Assembly (NCBI GenBank): GCA_951406725.2 | Contig: OX597816.1 | Coordinates: 88,102,001-88,166,000 of the forward strand | Length of the DNA stretch: 64,000 bases | Origin: Octopus vulgaris | Lineage: Eukaryota | Reading direction: 5' to 3' | Part shown: in pieces, positions 13,335 to 26,648 of the stretch | Position numbering within the stretch: position 1 is the first letter of the stretch | Layout: the number at the start of each line of letters is the position of its first letter | Translations under genes and position numbers: made by a program | The notes under the pieces: model-generated | Database searches by the model: none | The model's input: the letters and a program-made list of their open reading frames with translations, nothing else | What the model was told of the DNA's origin: nothing

Positions 13335-14490
13335 GTTAGGATGTAAAAGATGCGTGTCAGCATATGCCTGTCGACGTCACCGTAGTAGTCTCGGATCTTA
13401 AACACATAGGAATGATCGGCACCGCTCCCAGAGACGCGGTTTCAGGAGCGACAATTAATCAGGAAAAATCAGTGGGATTGCGGCTCGGCATCTGGAGAAA
13501 CATGTCCATGCCGTCAAACTGCGTCGTTGGGTGCTGGATGGACGGACCGGTTAAACTGCTCGGGATCTGTTTTGGTCCGGACCTCAAGATGGATAAAAAC
13601 TGAAACGAGATAACAGAAAGGGTGACTACTCTCACCTAGAAATAGGCCGAGAGAAATCTATCCCCGGAAGGTTTGGCAGAGATGGCTAACGCATATATCG
13701 CGTCCGTTATCTACCATCACTTGACCATCGTGCCTTGTCCTGACCACCGACTGATTACGCTGAGTCGTATACACTTCCGCTTCTTGTGGAAGGGACATGT
13801 CCCGATGGTGAGGTGGTCGATCAGCTGTCAGCACCCGCTGCTAGGTGGCCTGTGCGTTGATGAAGCGCAGGCATGCGCTGAGGCTACGACATCTCCAGTG
13901 CTTCCTTGACGGTGAACAGGTGTGGTTGCCGTTCGCCAGGCACGTATTTTCTTTAAAAATACAGGCAGCTGGTTTCTTTAACGGAACTGCAGTCCTAGGT
14001 AAAACAGAGACCGATGGGGAGCATTTGGAAAGTGGAATGCCTTGAAGCGCTTACAGCCCTCAACCAATCAGACAGTGCTATAGGTGGAACGTCCACTTTA
14101 GCCTAGTATAGAGGATTAGTGGAGGAAAAGTTCAACGACGTTCTAGGGGAAACCTTGGGCGTCGAAGATCAGTTAGCCGCTCTTTTCCGGGGAACTTTCG
14201 GGCCGGGACTGAAGGATAATTTCCAAAACTCTCTGGCCCGGCAGTATTACCGGGGAGCTTTGTCTGTTCGAGATAAAGTTTTACAGGCACAGAAGTGCCA
14301 TCAGCCGAGCATGGTGAGGTGGTCGATCAGCTGTCAGCACCCGCTGCTAGGTGGCCTGTGCGTTGATGAACTGCTGTTGCATGTGGGACAGATCCGGCTC
14401 TTAACTGAATCCATTGTGAAAATCACTCCGCCGCCTTCCTTTAACCGGGAAAGAAAGACTGTTTTTATATGCCTGGTGGCCTTGGCGAAA
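13335..14490 (+). pseudogene. L1/Tx1-clade LINE ORF2 fragment (RT C-terminal half), decayed
   Basis: SAYA(DD)VTVVVS-like motif, GATINQEKS, GPVKLLGICFG, CQHPLLGGL and RGALSVRDK are typical Tx1/L1 post-RT motifs; multiple stops and frameshifts. Confidence 0.8.
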
Positions 14491-14666
14491 TTGTTAGTCA
14501 CACGTAAAACCCTCACAACAACATACACTCCCACACATACGCACATACATTCTTTGTTTTGTCCTCTGCTGTCCATAATGTTTTTCTTAATGTAAGCTCT
14601 TGTGGCTAATAAAGAAATCATTATTATAGTGATCACTATTGTCATTAAATATTTCTTTTCATTACA

Positions 14667-14727
<61 letters not shown>

Positions 14728-15251
14728 GCCGTCAACCTAGCAAGCTTCGCTTGATCTTGCTTCGTGGATTTTATAAAGAAAAATACATAATACCTGTACT
14801 TGCACCCTACAAGTTTGTACTATCGTGGATAGCAGGTTAATTGCTGTCGAGTGGTTGAGTTTATTTTCCTGTTTTGTCCCCCATAACTGGGGGACAGGTC
14901 AATCGATTTTGCTTTTCAGTGAAAGTTGTTTGCGTTTCCCCCATCAATATGCAGAAATCACAATGAAACACGGTGATGCTTATATGTGAGAGAGGAGGAG
15001 AGAATGAGGTGCGTCACCAAACGTTAATAAGAGAGAGAGAGGGAGAGAGAGAGAGGGAGTGGCTCGCTGGAAAAAAAAAACAGACGATAGCTGTATTTTT
15101 GCTGAATAAAAAGAACAAACAAACAGCAGGGCCAATTTTTTCGAGAAAGATCTTTTAATGAATCTATAGGAAAACAACGGTTCCTTTTTCGACGACATTC
15201 TTCGAAATAAAAAACAGCAATTTCGAAAATGTAAACAATGGGGCTCCTTTC

Positions 15252-15900
15252 GTGAGCGAAGCGATGGACAATGTGAGTACAAGTTTCAACAGAAACAGCA
15301 GTAACGACAGAAGCAAGAACTACAACAACAGCAACAACAACAACATCAGCTGTAGTAGTAGTAGCAACAACAACAACAATAAAAACAATGATGGAACTGA
15401 GAAACAAGCTGGTGCAACGGCTTGGAATAACTCTAAACTTTTCTTTGCTAGAGTTACCAAGTCATTTCTTCAGAGAATACAATTCTCCGAAGAGGAACTT
15501 AAAAATGCCAGACTGCTAGTCGAGAGAGATGGGTTAGATGTAAAGGTAAATATCCTCTTTGAGACTATCCAGGATACGATACACCACACAATGGCGTACC
15601 ATACAATCGGATTAAAATCAAGGAAGGTAGACAGAGCCACAGAAGCTCAAATACAAAAAGCTTTAGGTTCCGTCTGGAATCTAAAGGAATATATACAGAG
15701 GGGAAGGTGCTATGGGCTGGTGGAGGTCAGATTCCACACAGAGGAGGAAGTGAAATCTCACAATCTGAATACCTTTAAAAACGAGGAGCTGTTGTCGATT
15801 CCTGTTCACTGCAGCCAGAGACTGGCCAAAATCATCATTCAACAGGTGCCGCCAGAAATAGCCATTCTTTGGTTAATTGCTTGGTTAAAGGCATGGAGGA
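15252..15900 (+). pseudogene. LINE (Tx1/L1-type) ORF1-like RNA-binding protein fragment
   Basis: YIQRGRCYGLVEVRFHTEEE...IPVHCSQRLAKIIIQQVPPE aligns by eye with FISRGR*FRTVEVRFASEGE...LPTYCGQRVVRVRVGRVPPE at 53.8-54.0 kb, which carries a zinc knuckle. Confidence 0.6.
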
Positions 15901-17899
15901 AAACTCGAAAATCCTCGAAGCTTATCAGACCAAAAAGAGAACTATTCAAGACACTCTCACTTCTAGGTAATTTTTTTGATTTTGTTTCAAAATAACATGA
16001 ATTTTCGCCCAAGTCTGGGCAAAAACAAGAAAGACATTTCAATCTTTATTTTTGTCAGTTGATGTTTAATGTAGAAACGCCCACCACTAATCAAGGAAGA
16101 ACCCTGACAGCTGAAAAAAAAAAAACAACAAACACACACACACACACATAGACGAAAAAACGTAAAAGCAAATCAACAAAATACTGCAAACGAAACTGCC
16201 AATATTTTGAAGCAAACGAAAAAATATGTTTCTTTGGATTTTGACATGAAAGAGAACGACTTCTGTAACTCTCTAAACTACATCAACAATGGTAAACATC
16301 ACTATCACAACCATCATCACTGCTATTACCACCACAATCACCAACACTACCACCATACCCATCACCACTACTATCACCACCATAACAACAATATCATGCA
16401 ACTTTGCATACATTGCCATGCAAATATTGTTTCCAATAAAGAAATTTTTAGATATAGACCAAGTGCGGTTAGAGGAACAAAATTGGCAGGAGTGTGCCAT
16501 TAAGGAAAATGTATTCTGATCACAGGGAATTTACTCTAGTGCTACAAGAACACTGACCTATTTCTGCCTAAGAAAATAGCATAAATCTCTGTGCCCTCTT
16601 AGTATGATTTGAAGGAGATCCTGATAGATATGTAGGAGATATCTTGCACACTGAGTGGGGAAAAGCATGGCGTAGTGTTTGCAAGCTTTCCAAGACTAAA
16701 GACTAAGGAATATTGCATTTAAAGAGAAAAATCACACATACCTACCCATAATTTATGAAATAGAGGTAGTGAGATACGCAGCTATTCATAAAGTTTCATA
16801 TTGCCTAGCAAGCACATAGCTTTTGATTTGTAGCCGTTTCAAATTGAACCACATACAATTAGCACGATAGTAAGTCGGTGGGTCTCGGTACGTCGCTGTA
16901 GTTTAGCTGGAATATTTCGTTAGCTGCGTGAATAACTGAAGCAAACTCGCGAACATTTAGTTGAAATATTCTTTGCCTGGCATAAAGATATTTGGTGTTG
17001 GCCATTTACAATGAACAATATTAACAACTGCTGACTGCGAGGAAGAAAAAAACCGCTTTTAAATTATAAAACTATCCTTGTAACAACATGCGGTCGGTCA
17101 CAAAAGTACGACAAAAATATATGAAGTTATCTGCGCAAACCTTCTTGGTGAAAGAAGACTGTTGCCTGTCTACGATCTAAGGTACGCACCAAACTATTTT
17201 TATAGGAGAGAAGCGGTTTTACTCAAGAACAACTGAGAAAACTATATCATGCCACAGCCTCACGCGGATTGTTCGATTTATAGACTGATCATGTGAAACT
17301 AAGGTGGTTCACTCGTGGTGTCAGACCAAGCAGCTAGCGGCTAAGTTTCGAATCACTGCTAAAATGTTTTGGCAAGACAGATTACATCCAGAAATCGCAA
17401 ATCTGTGGTTATAAAAAAAGAAAACTAACGCTGGGGTATTTGACAGAATCGTTTGAACATGGGATGAACCTAGACTTATATATATATATATAAAACATTA
17501 TTATACTATTCATACTTTTATGCTGGAATCGTGCCAGTCTAGAAAGTGGCTTGAACACAGAATGTATATTGAGAGTAAATCAACTACATCGTAGAAGAGC
17601 CATTCTAGCCATTTAGTAACTCACAAAACCTGCTAAAATCACATTTTATTTGTTACAGGAAGTGAAAAAATTGCACAACACTAACTTTTTTCATGGACAT
17701 GGAACTGTTTGAAAATTTGGTTAATGATCAGTTCTTATATAATTCAGTTTTCTTTTATTTGCCTTGACATTTTGATTCTTTATCTTCCGTAATGAAATAG
17801 ACGTTTTGGCTGCTGAATTCATGTGGACATCACTCGTCTGTAGGCCTTCGTTAGTCATTTACAATTTCGATTTTCTTTCTTTTTTCATTGTCAGCAACA

Positions 17900-17938
<39 letters not shown>

Positions 17939-18639
17939 TATCTGTCTGTCTGTATGTATGTATAAATGTATGTATAAATCTTTGTTAATCCAGAAGTGAA
18001 ATATTACAGGACTCAATACAAATGAAGAACATTTTTAGATACATTATAACTGAAAGTCACTAATTTCCAGTACTCTGAGTAGCTCGTTTCCGATCATCAG
18101 CTGGTAAACCGAGTCTGGTTTCTTTTGAATACCCACTGTCTGAATATCTTTTATAAATTTGAAATAAAAGCTTGAAGAATTTGTTTGCCGTTATGTACTC
18201 TCGTTTAAAAACATTTGTGAATAACGTGTACGAAAACGGCTGCTTCAAGTTCACGCTTTTTATCTCATTTCTGGTTCTACTGATTATATTATTATAAACA
18301 TCACAAACTCCATACAATAGAAGTCATGAAATCACACTGCTGTTTAAGCATTGTTCCAAAATAATGCTTTTAAATAATACTTTTAATTAATACATTTAAT
18401 TAATGTTCTTTTCAAAATCAATGTGTGTGTGCGGGCGTTCACTTTGCATGCTCCTGTGCAGACGCATAGATATGTACACATGTACACTCATAGGCACACA
18501 CATATACACAAAAATATATATATTGCTACATACATATATACATACATATATACATATACACATATGCTTATATACATATACTCACATATAGACGGAGACA
18601 TACATATTAAAACATTAAACATATACCAATAAAACCTAT

Positions 18640-19260
18640 TAATTAAACATTTCGTCAGCTAAATTTTTTTCTGAACGAGAATGAAATTCAAAGAGATTTG
18701 TATTTGCATAAAAGATACTTAGCCGTTTGCATACAAGGCGTTAACAGTTCGTTTCTTTTCTTCAAACTATCGGTGCCTTGAGCCAAATTTTCTCAGTTTT
18801 TCGCTCAGTCAAGGCCACACTGCAGCTTTAATTTGAAGCTCCTGTTCCTGTAACGCTGCGTTTTAGCTACAACAGAACAGATCATTTTGAATTCCTGTGG
18901 ACCTGTCTCACGTAATAACTATACAAACATCGAGAGCTGTAGCACATTTTCTGCCCAGGCTGACAAATGAATGCTTACGCTTGTAATAACATTTATTTTT
19001 AGTGCGATTTCCGTTGCCCCAATATATGTATACTATCGACCTTACCAGACAATTACCATCAGGTGGACACTTCTCACGAATTCTACAATTGCATGATACC
19101 TGTTGGCTAGGTGTTTGCATCTCTATTGTATTCTGATATAACACCTGAAATATTTGCAAACTGAATACCTAACCTTAACACAGTTCCTATTCAATATTTT
19201 CCTATACTTATACCCAGGCGGAAAATGGTGATCTATTAAATTCAGAAGTTCTCTAGCTAG
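18640..19260 (-). pseudogene. Penelope-like element 3' ORF fragment (linker + GIY-YIG endonuclease, Naiad-like)
   Basis: LLNLIDHHFPPGYKYRKILNRNCVKVRYS, SCNCRIREKCPPDGNCLVRSIVY, YYKRKHSF...ATAL, LKKRNELLTPC..KYLL. The CxC..CP..GxC linker and EN tail are typical of PLEs. Confidence 0.8.
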
Positions 19261-20261
19261 AGAAAATTAAAAGGAATATCATGGGAGAATTGAAGAATTG
19301 CAACATTTATGTAAGTTCTAATGTATGCTTTTATTCATTTAAACGCTCCAGCCCTAAGGCCGTGACCATGCTGTGTATATATGTGTGTAAATATATATAT
19401 ATATGTACACTCCGCCATATATATATATATATGTATATATATACTGTCCCGTGTAAAAAGTGATTTCTTCGAGCATTAAGTGTTTATATTTTTTTTTCAA
19501 GCGTAAAAAAATAAATAAACACTTTTCGACTTTTTAAACATCTCTCGATTAATTGATTCTTTCTTAAAATGATTATTTAGAATGAATGTATTTTTGCAAA
19601 GTTGCCATTTATATAGTTATTTGAAGTTTGAAATTCAAAGTAGCTCCAGTCCCAAAGTAACAAAGTGCGGTACGCACCACACTAGACGTTAAACACAATG
19701 GCGTAAACAAATAGCCTACTGTTGGACCCCCTCCAACCCCAGAAAAAAAACTCACATAAATACAACAAAATTTCACAGACTTGGAAAGTATAATAGATGT
19801 GAAAATTAAACAGACAGCGCAACAAGCATAAAGATTTGCAGTTGCACAATGGGAAACACAAAAGCGATTAGTGTTAGAAACATTAATTTAAAGTAATGGT
19901 AGTAGTAGTAGTAGTAGTAGTAGATAATAGAAAACGTGTTGGTAGAAAAACAAATAGATAAGAATCCGGTGAAAAGTTATAAATAAAACATTTAGTTGCT
20001 CCTTTAAACCGCATGTTGTTTCCTCTTGTATAAATATTCATGGGTTATATTCTACTTTGTACGTTAGTTTTTCCACGCTGGATGAAATAAATACATAACT
20101 GAAGATGTAGAAGAACAAATATTGTGTATTAAAGGAAGTTATATCAAAGAGGGTGAGAGAAAATTGAAAGGAATGTCATGGGAGAATTGAAGAATTGCAA
20201 CAGTTATGTGTGTAGTAAAATACGTATGTATGTATGTATGTATGTATGTATTATTTTATTC

Positions 20262-20485
20262 TTTTACTTGCGGCCACGCAGAAGCACCGCTTTGAAGGGT
20301 TTTAGTCTGACAAATCGACCCGAGGACTTTTTAAGCCTAGTACTTATTCCATCGGTCTCTTACGCCGAACCGCTTGTGTGTTACGGGGAGTTAAACACAC
20401 CTATACCGGTAGTCAAGCGGCTTTGGTGGTGGTGGTGGTGGGGGGCAACACAGACACAGACAGACAGACTGACATACACACAAAT
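20262..20485 (-). mobile_element. SINE group D, 3' half
   Basis: Homologous to the 35470-35680 portion of the full copy. Confidence 0.7.
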
Positions 20486-20689
20486 ATATGTATATCATGA
20501 CTGCCACTTTCGGCTGTTTACGGTCGCTGTCAATATGTATGTATACAATTATGTGCGTTGACTGCAGCATCAGAGCACGTCGGCTCTTATTTCTTACACT
20601 GTAGGTTTTTTAGCACCCTATGTGATATTTAATGACAATTATAGCTTTCCACTTAGGTGGTACATTTCTAAACTGCTGCCTAATTTAAT

Positions 20690-20725
<36 letters not shown>

Positions 20726-20908
20726 AAGTAATTAAGGGTTTAGCAACGAATTGCCTCACCAACACACCGAATTTAGAAATAGCAGTCAAAGAGATATAGC
20801 TATTCCTTCTACTAAAAGGGGGATCTCAGTAAAAACACAGCACTTGAAAGGCAAACACAGACAGGTAAGAAAGAAAGAATGAAATGACGGCAATCTATCA
20901 TGCAATCT

Positions 20909-20976
<68 letters not shown>

Positions 20977-21021
20977 GAGAGAGAAAGAAAGAGAGAGAGA
21001 GAGATACGATGAACTTCTTTC

Positions 21022-21123
21022 ACTCACAAGGCTTTGGTCTGCTCGAGATTACAGTAGAAGACACTTGCCAAAGGTGCTACCTAGTCGGACTGAACCTGCA
21101 ACCATGTGATTTGAAAGCCATTC

Positions 21124-21125
<2 letters not shown>
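21022..21125 (-). mobile_element. SINE group D, 5' fragment
   Basis: CACTCACAAGGCTTTGGTC...AGAAGACACTTGCC...GGACTGAACC matches the group D head. Confidence 0.65.
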
Positions 21126-21193
<68 letters not shown>

Positions 21194-23512
21194 TTGTTGT
21201 CTACTCTTGATGCAGACTTTGACCACCTCCTGTACCTACACCCTTGAACCATCATGGCATCTGATGTGGCTTTTAAACCAGACAATGTTCTGAAAAGACA
21301 CCCACATAGATTGCATATTCGATTTGGACCACCAATAGCTGCAGATTAGTTCTGATCTTTGTGAATCTTAAAATGTTTTTTGAGGCCTCCGTTAGGTTCG
21401 CAAACCTTCTAGCATACATTGCATTCAAAGGTGTGCACAGACATATAGGCAGGATAGTTGGTGGAAGTTAGTTTTCCATGGGTTTGCAAATGAGATTTTA
21501 GCCCAGCAAAAGAAACGCACGGTCATTGTGATTCACCTTCTAGATTGTAACATTCTTCCTTAAATCTCTTTTGAGTTTTATCTCACCACAATATCTTTTG
21601 AGATTTCGACTACTGTAAGAAAGTGGAATTTCTTTTATCTTTTTTCTTTCCAGCACCTTTCCCTCAGTTTTTTCTTTGCAGCATCTTTCACTCGTTTTTT
21701 TTTTAGCTGTTGTAACTTAATTGTTACCCGACTTTTAAGGTAGCACACAACGCAGCACTTTTTCTTTTCATTGTACTAAACATTTTTGTTAGCACTCTTG
21801 TTTGTTTTGTTTTGTTTTGATTTTTGAAAATTTAATATCTTCTTCATTTAGGTATTACTTCCAGATATTCAGCCTGTCTTTGTTTTCTGAAGCTAATTCT
21901 ACGGGGTTCAATATACCTCTCGGTGCTGGCTCTTCAAATATATCATAGACAACTTCTAATAATATTACACTTCGTTCTTCTGTATGGCTCATCTTTGACT
22001 GAATGAAGTTAGGAAGCTGGTTTTGGTCTTAAAATGACCATAAAACTTCCTCTATTCCTTTCACATACGTAAAATTATTCATTTATGTATGCATGTGAAA
22101 GATGAAAGAACGACTGCGTGATTCTCATTTTGTAGAATATACCAGTACTACGAAACGGTTCACCGCATTGCATATTTTAGCTATAATACCTAGAAAAAAA
22201 ACATACAGAGACCCCCTACAAAGGCATTGTTTGTGTTTTAATATACTAAGGTAAGTACCTTTAAGAAGTAAGACAAGAAAGTAAGATAACAGCCCATTAG
22301 CTTTATGATGGTAACGAGGAATATTAGAAAGCCGTAACATCTCGAAAACGATACAGGGACCACACCAAAGTTATTGATTGAGCGTTTGTGCTTACGATGG
22401 TGTGTTACTAAACTCTCCGATCCGAGTTTGGGTGAGAGAGCGTCGTATCAATAGCGTCGAGGTACAATTTTTTCAGCCGGATTTTCGACCTTATTACAAG
22501 CCTCACCGGTTATTCTTCCCAACTTTTTCGGATTGTAGAGGTCGGGACAAAAAAGAAAAAAAAGAAAAAAAGAATGACATACTAACCTCAAAAATAGCCG
22601 AAGTGGCGCTTATGACACTTACTAAATGACTCATTTAAAACTGTGTATGATGTTTCCAACTACACAGTACATGTACATTTTTTTTACATTTTTTATTTTT
22701 AGTGGTGATAAGGTTGTTGTTTATTTTCCCTCAGGTAAACCATTTTTGAGCAAATTTATTATTGAAGGTATTTCCTCAATGACAATCATATCTCCCTAGA
22801 TACATCTAGGACTATATTATCTGATGTGGCTTCTATTATTTTAATATGGTGTGGTCTGGCTTCAAGGAGATTTGGCTGATATTATCAACAGGGTGAGTAA
22901 CCACGTAACATCGGCCCGTTTGGTTTGTGCTTCTTTAGACAAATATCTGTTCTATATAAGATACTATCCTGTTACAGGTAACTTTTCCAGAATATCTGTT
23001 TTTCTTTAGAAAAGTTTTTTCATAACTTTAACTCCTAATTCTCTTTTAGACAAAAAGAAACCTGGCTTCCAGTCTCTATCTGTGTCTATGGCTCCAAGAC
23101 AATTTACATTCCGCAAAAAATCAAGTTCCCGAGCTGAAAATATGTGGTGTAGGCTGGATCAATGAATAGCGATATTGTTCTATAACTGATGAAGATTTTC
23201 GTAAACTTGCTTACCTGAGTAGAAATGTTTTTGATAGCGTGCATTTATTGTTGTTTTATAGCCCTAGATCAGTCATCATTGAGTAGACTTGTGATCAATG
23301 TGTGATCAAAGGCATTTCAATAGAGACCTTCGTTACTTTTCGTCTAACCTGAACTATATTACCCGAATGTAGGGAACGATATGAAGAAGGTTCGGTTGGT
23401 ACTTTATATAATCGAACATGTAGATAACAGATGTGAAAAACACGTTGTTTTTTAACTCTGTGCCCCAACCCAAAAGTTGAAGAGAAGCCTAAAAAGTTTC
23501 AGCTAATATTAT

Positions 23513-23607
<95 letters not shown>

Positions 23608-24024
23608 ACAAGCACACACACACACACACACACACACAAAACACACACATACAGACGCACGCACACACACACACGGACGCACGCACGCACACACACAAAC
23701 ATATATATATGTATACGCATACATACATATATATATGTGTGTGTACATATATAAGCATACACAGACACATATATAGGTATATACATCCATATACATTTTT
23801 AATATATTACAAAACTACCAGCCTTAATACATGACGCCAATAAACTTAACTTGTATATGATTATATATTAAACAAATCACAGTCCATTATATATACACAC
23901 CTTATATATACACATACATATTTACATATACCCCACAGTTATAATATAAATAATATAATGTGTATCACGTTAGTATTTTATTTTCTCTTCAATATATATT
24001 TCATTCTATAATGCGTATCACACA

Positions 24025-24146
24025 TTAATATATACGATACTTTTAGTTTTATTACGTGTTAGATAGTGGTGATATCAAAAATTCAAAGACAAATCTAATT
24101 ACGATAAATCTCTTTTAAGAATTCCTCCCGGACATCATTGATGCCG
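24025..24146. repeat. Unclassified dispersed repeat, second copy at ~26905-27027
   Basis: Shared TTCAAAGACAAATC..AAT..GATAAATCTCTTTTAAGAATTCCTC.CGGACA.CATTGA. Confidence 0.6.
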
Positions 24147-24590
24147 AGAATAATAATAATATTGAAGTCAATTATATACATGTATACACACACATACACA
24201 CTCACACGCACACACGCACGCACGCGCACACACACAAACCCGTACATACACATATAACTCTAACATATATATATATATATCTGCATACACACACGCATAT
24301 ACATATATGTATGAATGTGTGTGTATGATTGTCTGTATTATTTATGTATGTCGTTTATTTCCACCCATGTTATGTTGCTGCACATAGGTATGTCCAGTTT
24401 TCCTTGCAGAATATTAGGGTTTCTTTTTTTTCTTTCTAACTAAAATAATTGTTTGCTCCATCGCAAAACTTTCTGAATTCCTTAAAAAAAGGTAGAAAGG
24501 AAGTGAACGTGTAGTTTATCAATGGTCCTTCTTAGAGTCTAACGTAGACGATTCTGAGAGAAAGATGGGGGGGGAGAAAGACACCGACAC

Positions 24591-24643
<53 letters not shown>

Positions 24644-24800
24644 AAGAAAGAGGGAAAGAGAGAGAGAGAGAGAGTAAGAGAAAGACAAAAAGAAGAAGAG
24701 AGAAACAGAGAGAAATGGAGAGGAAGATAGACAAATTTCACACAATACTTATTTGATACTTTAGTTACCGAACTCACAAACAGGAAATTGAGAAGTGGTT

Positions 24801-24842
<42 letters not shown>

Positions 24843-25059
24843 TCACATATGCTTTAAAATAGATTTCCTTTTTTGCTGTCTTTCTGGAATCGAAGGTTTC
24901 TTACTGACGAAAATCACTTTTTATTTAAAAGGATTCGTAATAGAAACGACAAGATTTTAAGTCTCGTGAACTCCAAAAACTTCATTACAAAATTCCTTTA
25001 CACAGCTCTCCGGTGTTGAGTGCTCTCCACTAACTTCGTTACTAATGTAAGTATCAAAA

Positions 25060-25400
25060 CAGGGTAAAGAACCCCTTCGGTCATGAATGACCATGGGATT
25101 GTACTCTGAAAGTTACCCCTCCAAGGCACAAGTCCGGGAAAAGGTTGTTTGTGAAAGACCAGCAGTCGCCCATGCATACCGGCCTTATCTCTCCCCGCCA
25201 CCGATATTATCCAAGGGAAAGATAGAAGACGATACCTCTTGGCGCCAGTAACGTCGCAACTCATTTCTACAGCTGAGTGAAACAGAGCAACGTGAAATAG
25301 TGTCTTCGTCAAGAATACAACACAACACATAGCTCTGTCCGGGAATTGAACTCACTGTCACATGATTGTGAGCCCGACACTCTAACCACTGAGCCAATCA
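25060..25400 (-). mobile_element. tRNA-derived SINE, group B tail 2
   Basis: Head TGGCTCAGTGGTTAGAG...GAGTTCAATTCCC (A and B boxes); colinear with 6893-7195. Confidence 0.85.
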
Positions 25401-25412
25401 GCTTCACAATGT

Positions 25413-25475
<63 letters not shown>

Positions 25476-25498
25476 CATATATATGTATGTATGTATAT

Positions 25499-26130
25499 AT
25501 ATCAAATGGGTAATCTGAAATATTAGAAATTTCCATTAACATTGGCCTAGCGTGAAAGAAATTTTTTCATTCCATTCGAAATTTTATCCCTTATAGTGAT
25601 TTGGAATTTAACTGTCCCCTCTAGCGTGCATGTAGTCCTATGTTGGATACCTCTTTTGTGTTTAAATGTACACTGTATTTATATGAATAATATATAGTCT
25701 ATTAACGCAATTTTTTACACGCTAGGCCACTGGTAATGGAAATTTCTAATATTTCAGATTACTCTTTTGATATTATTAATTATTGATAAATTTTTCTTGG
25801 ATAATTTTTGAAATGAGAAAGCCGGCATATTTATTTACTGCCGACAGGGAGCTACACTTGCACGGGCCATATACTGGATTGCCTCGCGTATATATATTTA
25901 ATCTAAGGTGTACCTGCTGAAGAAGGCTTCGCCTAGCAAATTATTTTATTTGCTAGAAAAAAAAAAGTCTGAAACCATTGGTCCAGGAGTTAAATGGCAA
26001 ATATTTTTATTTTCCATTCCATTCGAAATTTTATCCCTTATAGAGGCTTGGGATTTAACTGTTCTCTCTAGCGTGCGGGTAGTCCCATGATGGATACCTC
26101 TTTTGTGTTTAAATGTACACTGTATTTATA

Positions 26131-26135
<5 letters not shown>
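25499..26135 (+). mobile_element. Non-autonomous PLE/retrozyme-like element with direct and inverted repeats, in (TA)n
   Basis: Direct repeat ~25566-25688 / ~26014-26135, inverted repeat ~25499-25560 / ~25711-25773, and canonical HHR at 25913-25987. Confidence 0.7.
25913..25987 (+). ncRNA. Type I hammerhead ribozyme, canonical core
   Basis: CCTG-CTGAAGA-AGGCTT..(CTAGCAAAT/ATTTGCTAG)..AAGTCT-GAAA-CCATTGG-TC-CAGG. All three stems pair; GUC triplet with predicted cleavage after 25983. Confidence 0.8.
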
Positions 26136-26169
<34 letters not shown>

Positions 26170-26179
26170 GTATACATAT

Positions 26180-26249
<70 letters not shown>

Positions 26250-26253
26250 CTAT

Positions 26254-26460
26254 ATATGTGAATTAATGTAGACTCACCTTGTATTCAATATTTTGGAGTT
26301 ATGACCCCATTTTCAGGAAATTGACAAATATTGCCGATGCGCATGTGTGTGAGACACATGCTCACACACACGTGCATCGGCAACATTTGTCAATTTCTTG
26401 AAAATTGGATCATAACCTCGAAATATTGAATACAAGGTGAGTCTACATTAATTCACATAT
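26254..26460. repeat. ~100-bp-arm fold-back inverted repeat in a (TA)n-flanked element (element extends to ~26563)
   Basis: ATATGTGAATTAATGTAGACTCACCTTGTATTCAATA... and its reverse complement ending at 26460. Confidence 0.9.
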
Positions 26461-26561
26461 TTGTTTTCTTGTGATCTACCTTGCATTTACTTCACATTGC
26501 TTTGGCCTTACGCACGATCCAATATACAATATATTCTATTCAATGATTTTTAGTAATTATT

Positions 26562-26608
<47 letters not shown>

Positions 26609-26614
26609 CATACA

Positions 26615-26648
<34 letters not shown>

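Noticed and set aside
18060-18317. 85-aa minus-strand ORF and an embedded CTGATGATCGGAAACGA motif
   Set aside because: No recognisable protein motif or splice context, and the HHR geometry does not close.
20725-20890. (TA)n-adjacent element with a 9-bp hairpin AGGAATAGC/GCTATTTCT
   Set aside because: The flanking core nucleotides deviate too much to call a ribozyme.
21195-22050. Possible pogo-type transposase C-terminus with PHD-like cysteines (minus strand)
   Set aside because: Too degenerate; no catalytic motif or TIR found.
25330-25400. tRNA-like sequences (also ~34830-34900, ~43050-43120, ~43745-43815)
   Set aside because: They are SINE heads continuing into SINE bodies, without a proper acceptor stem or terminator.
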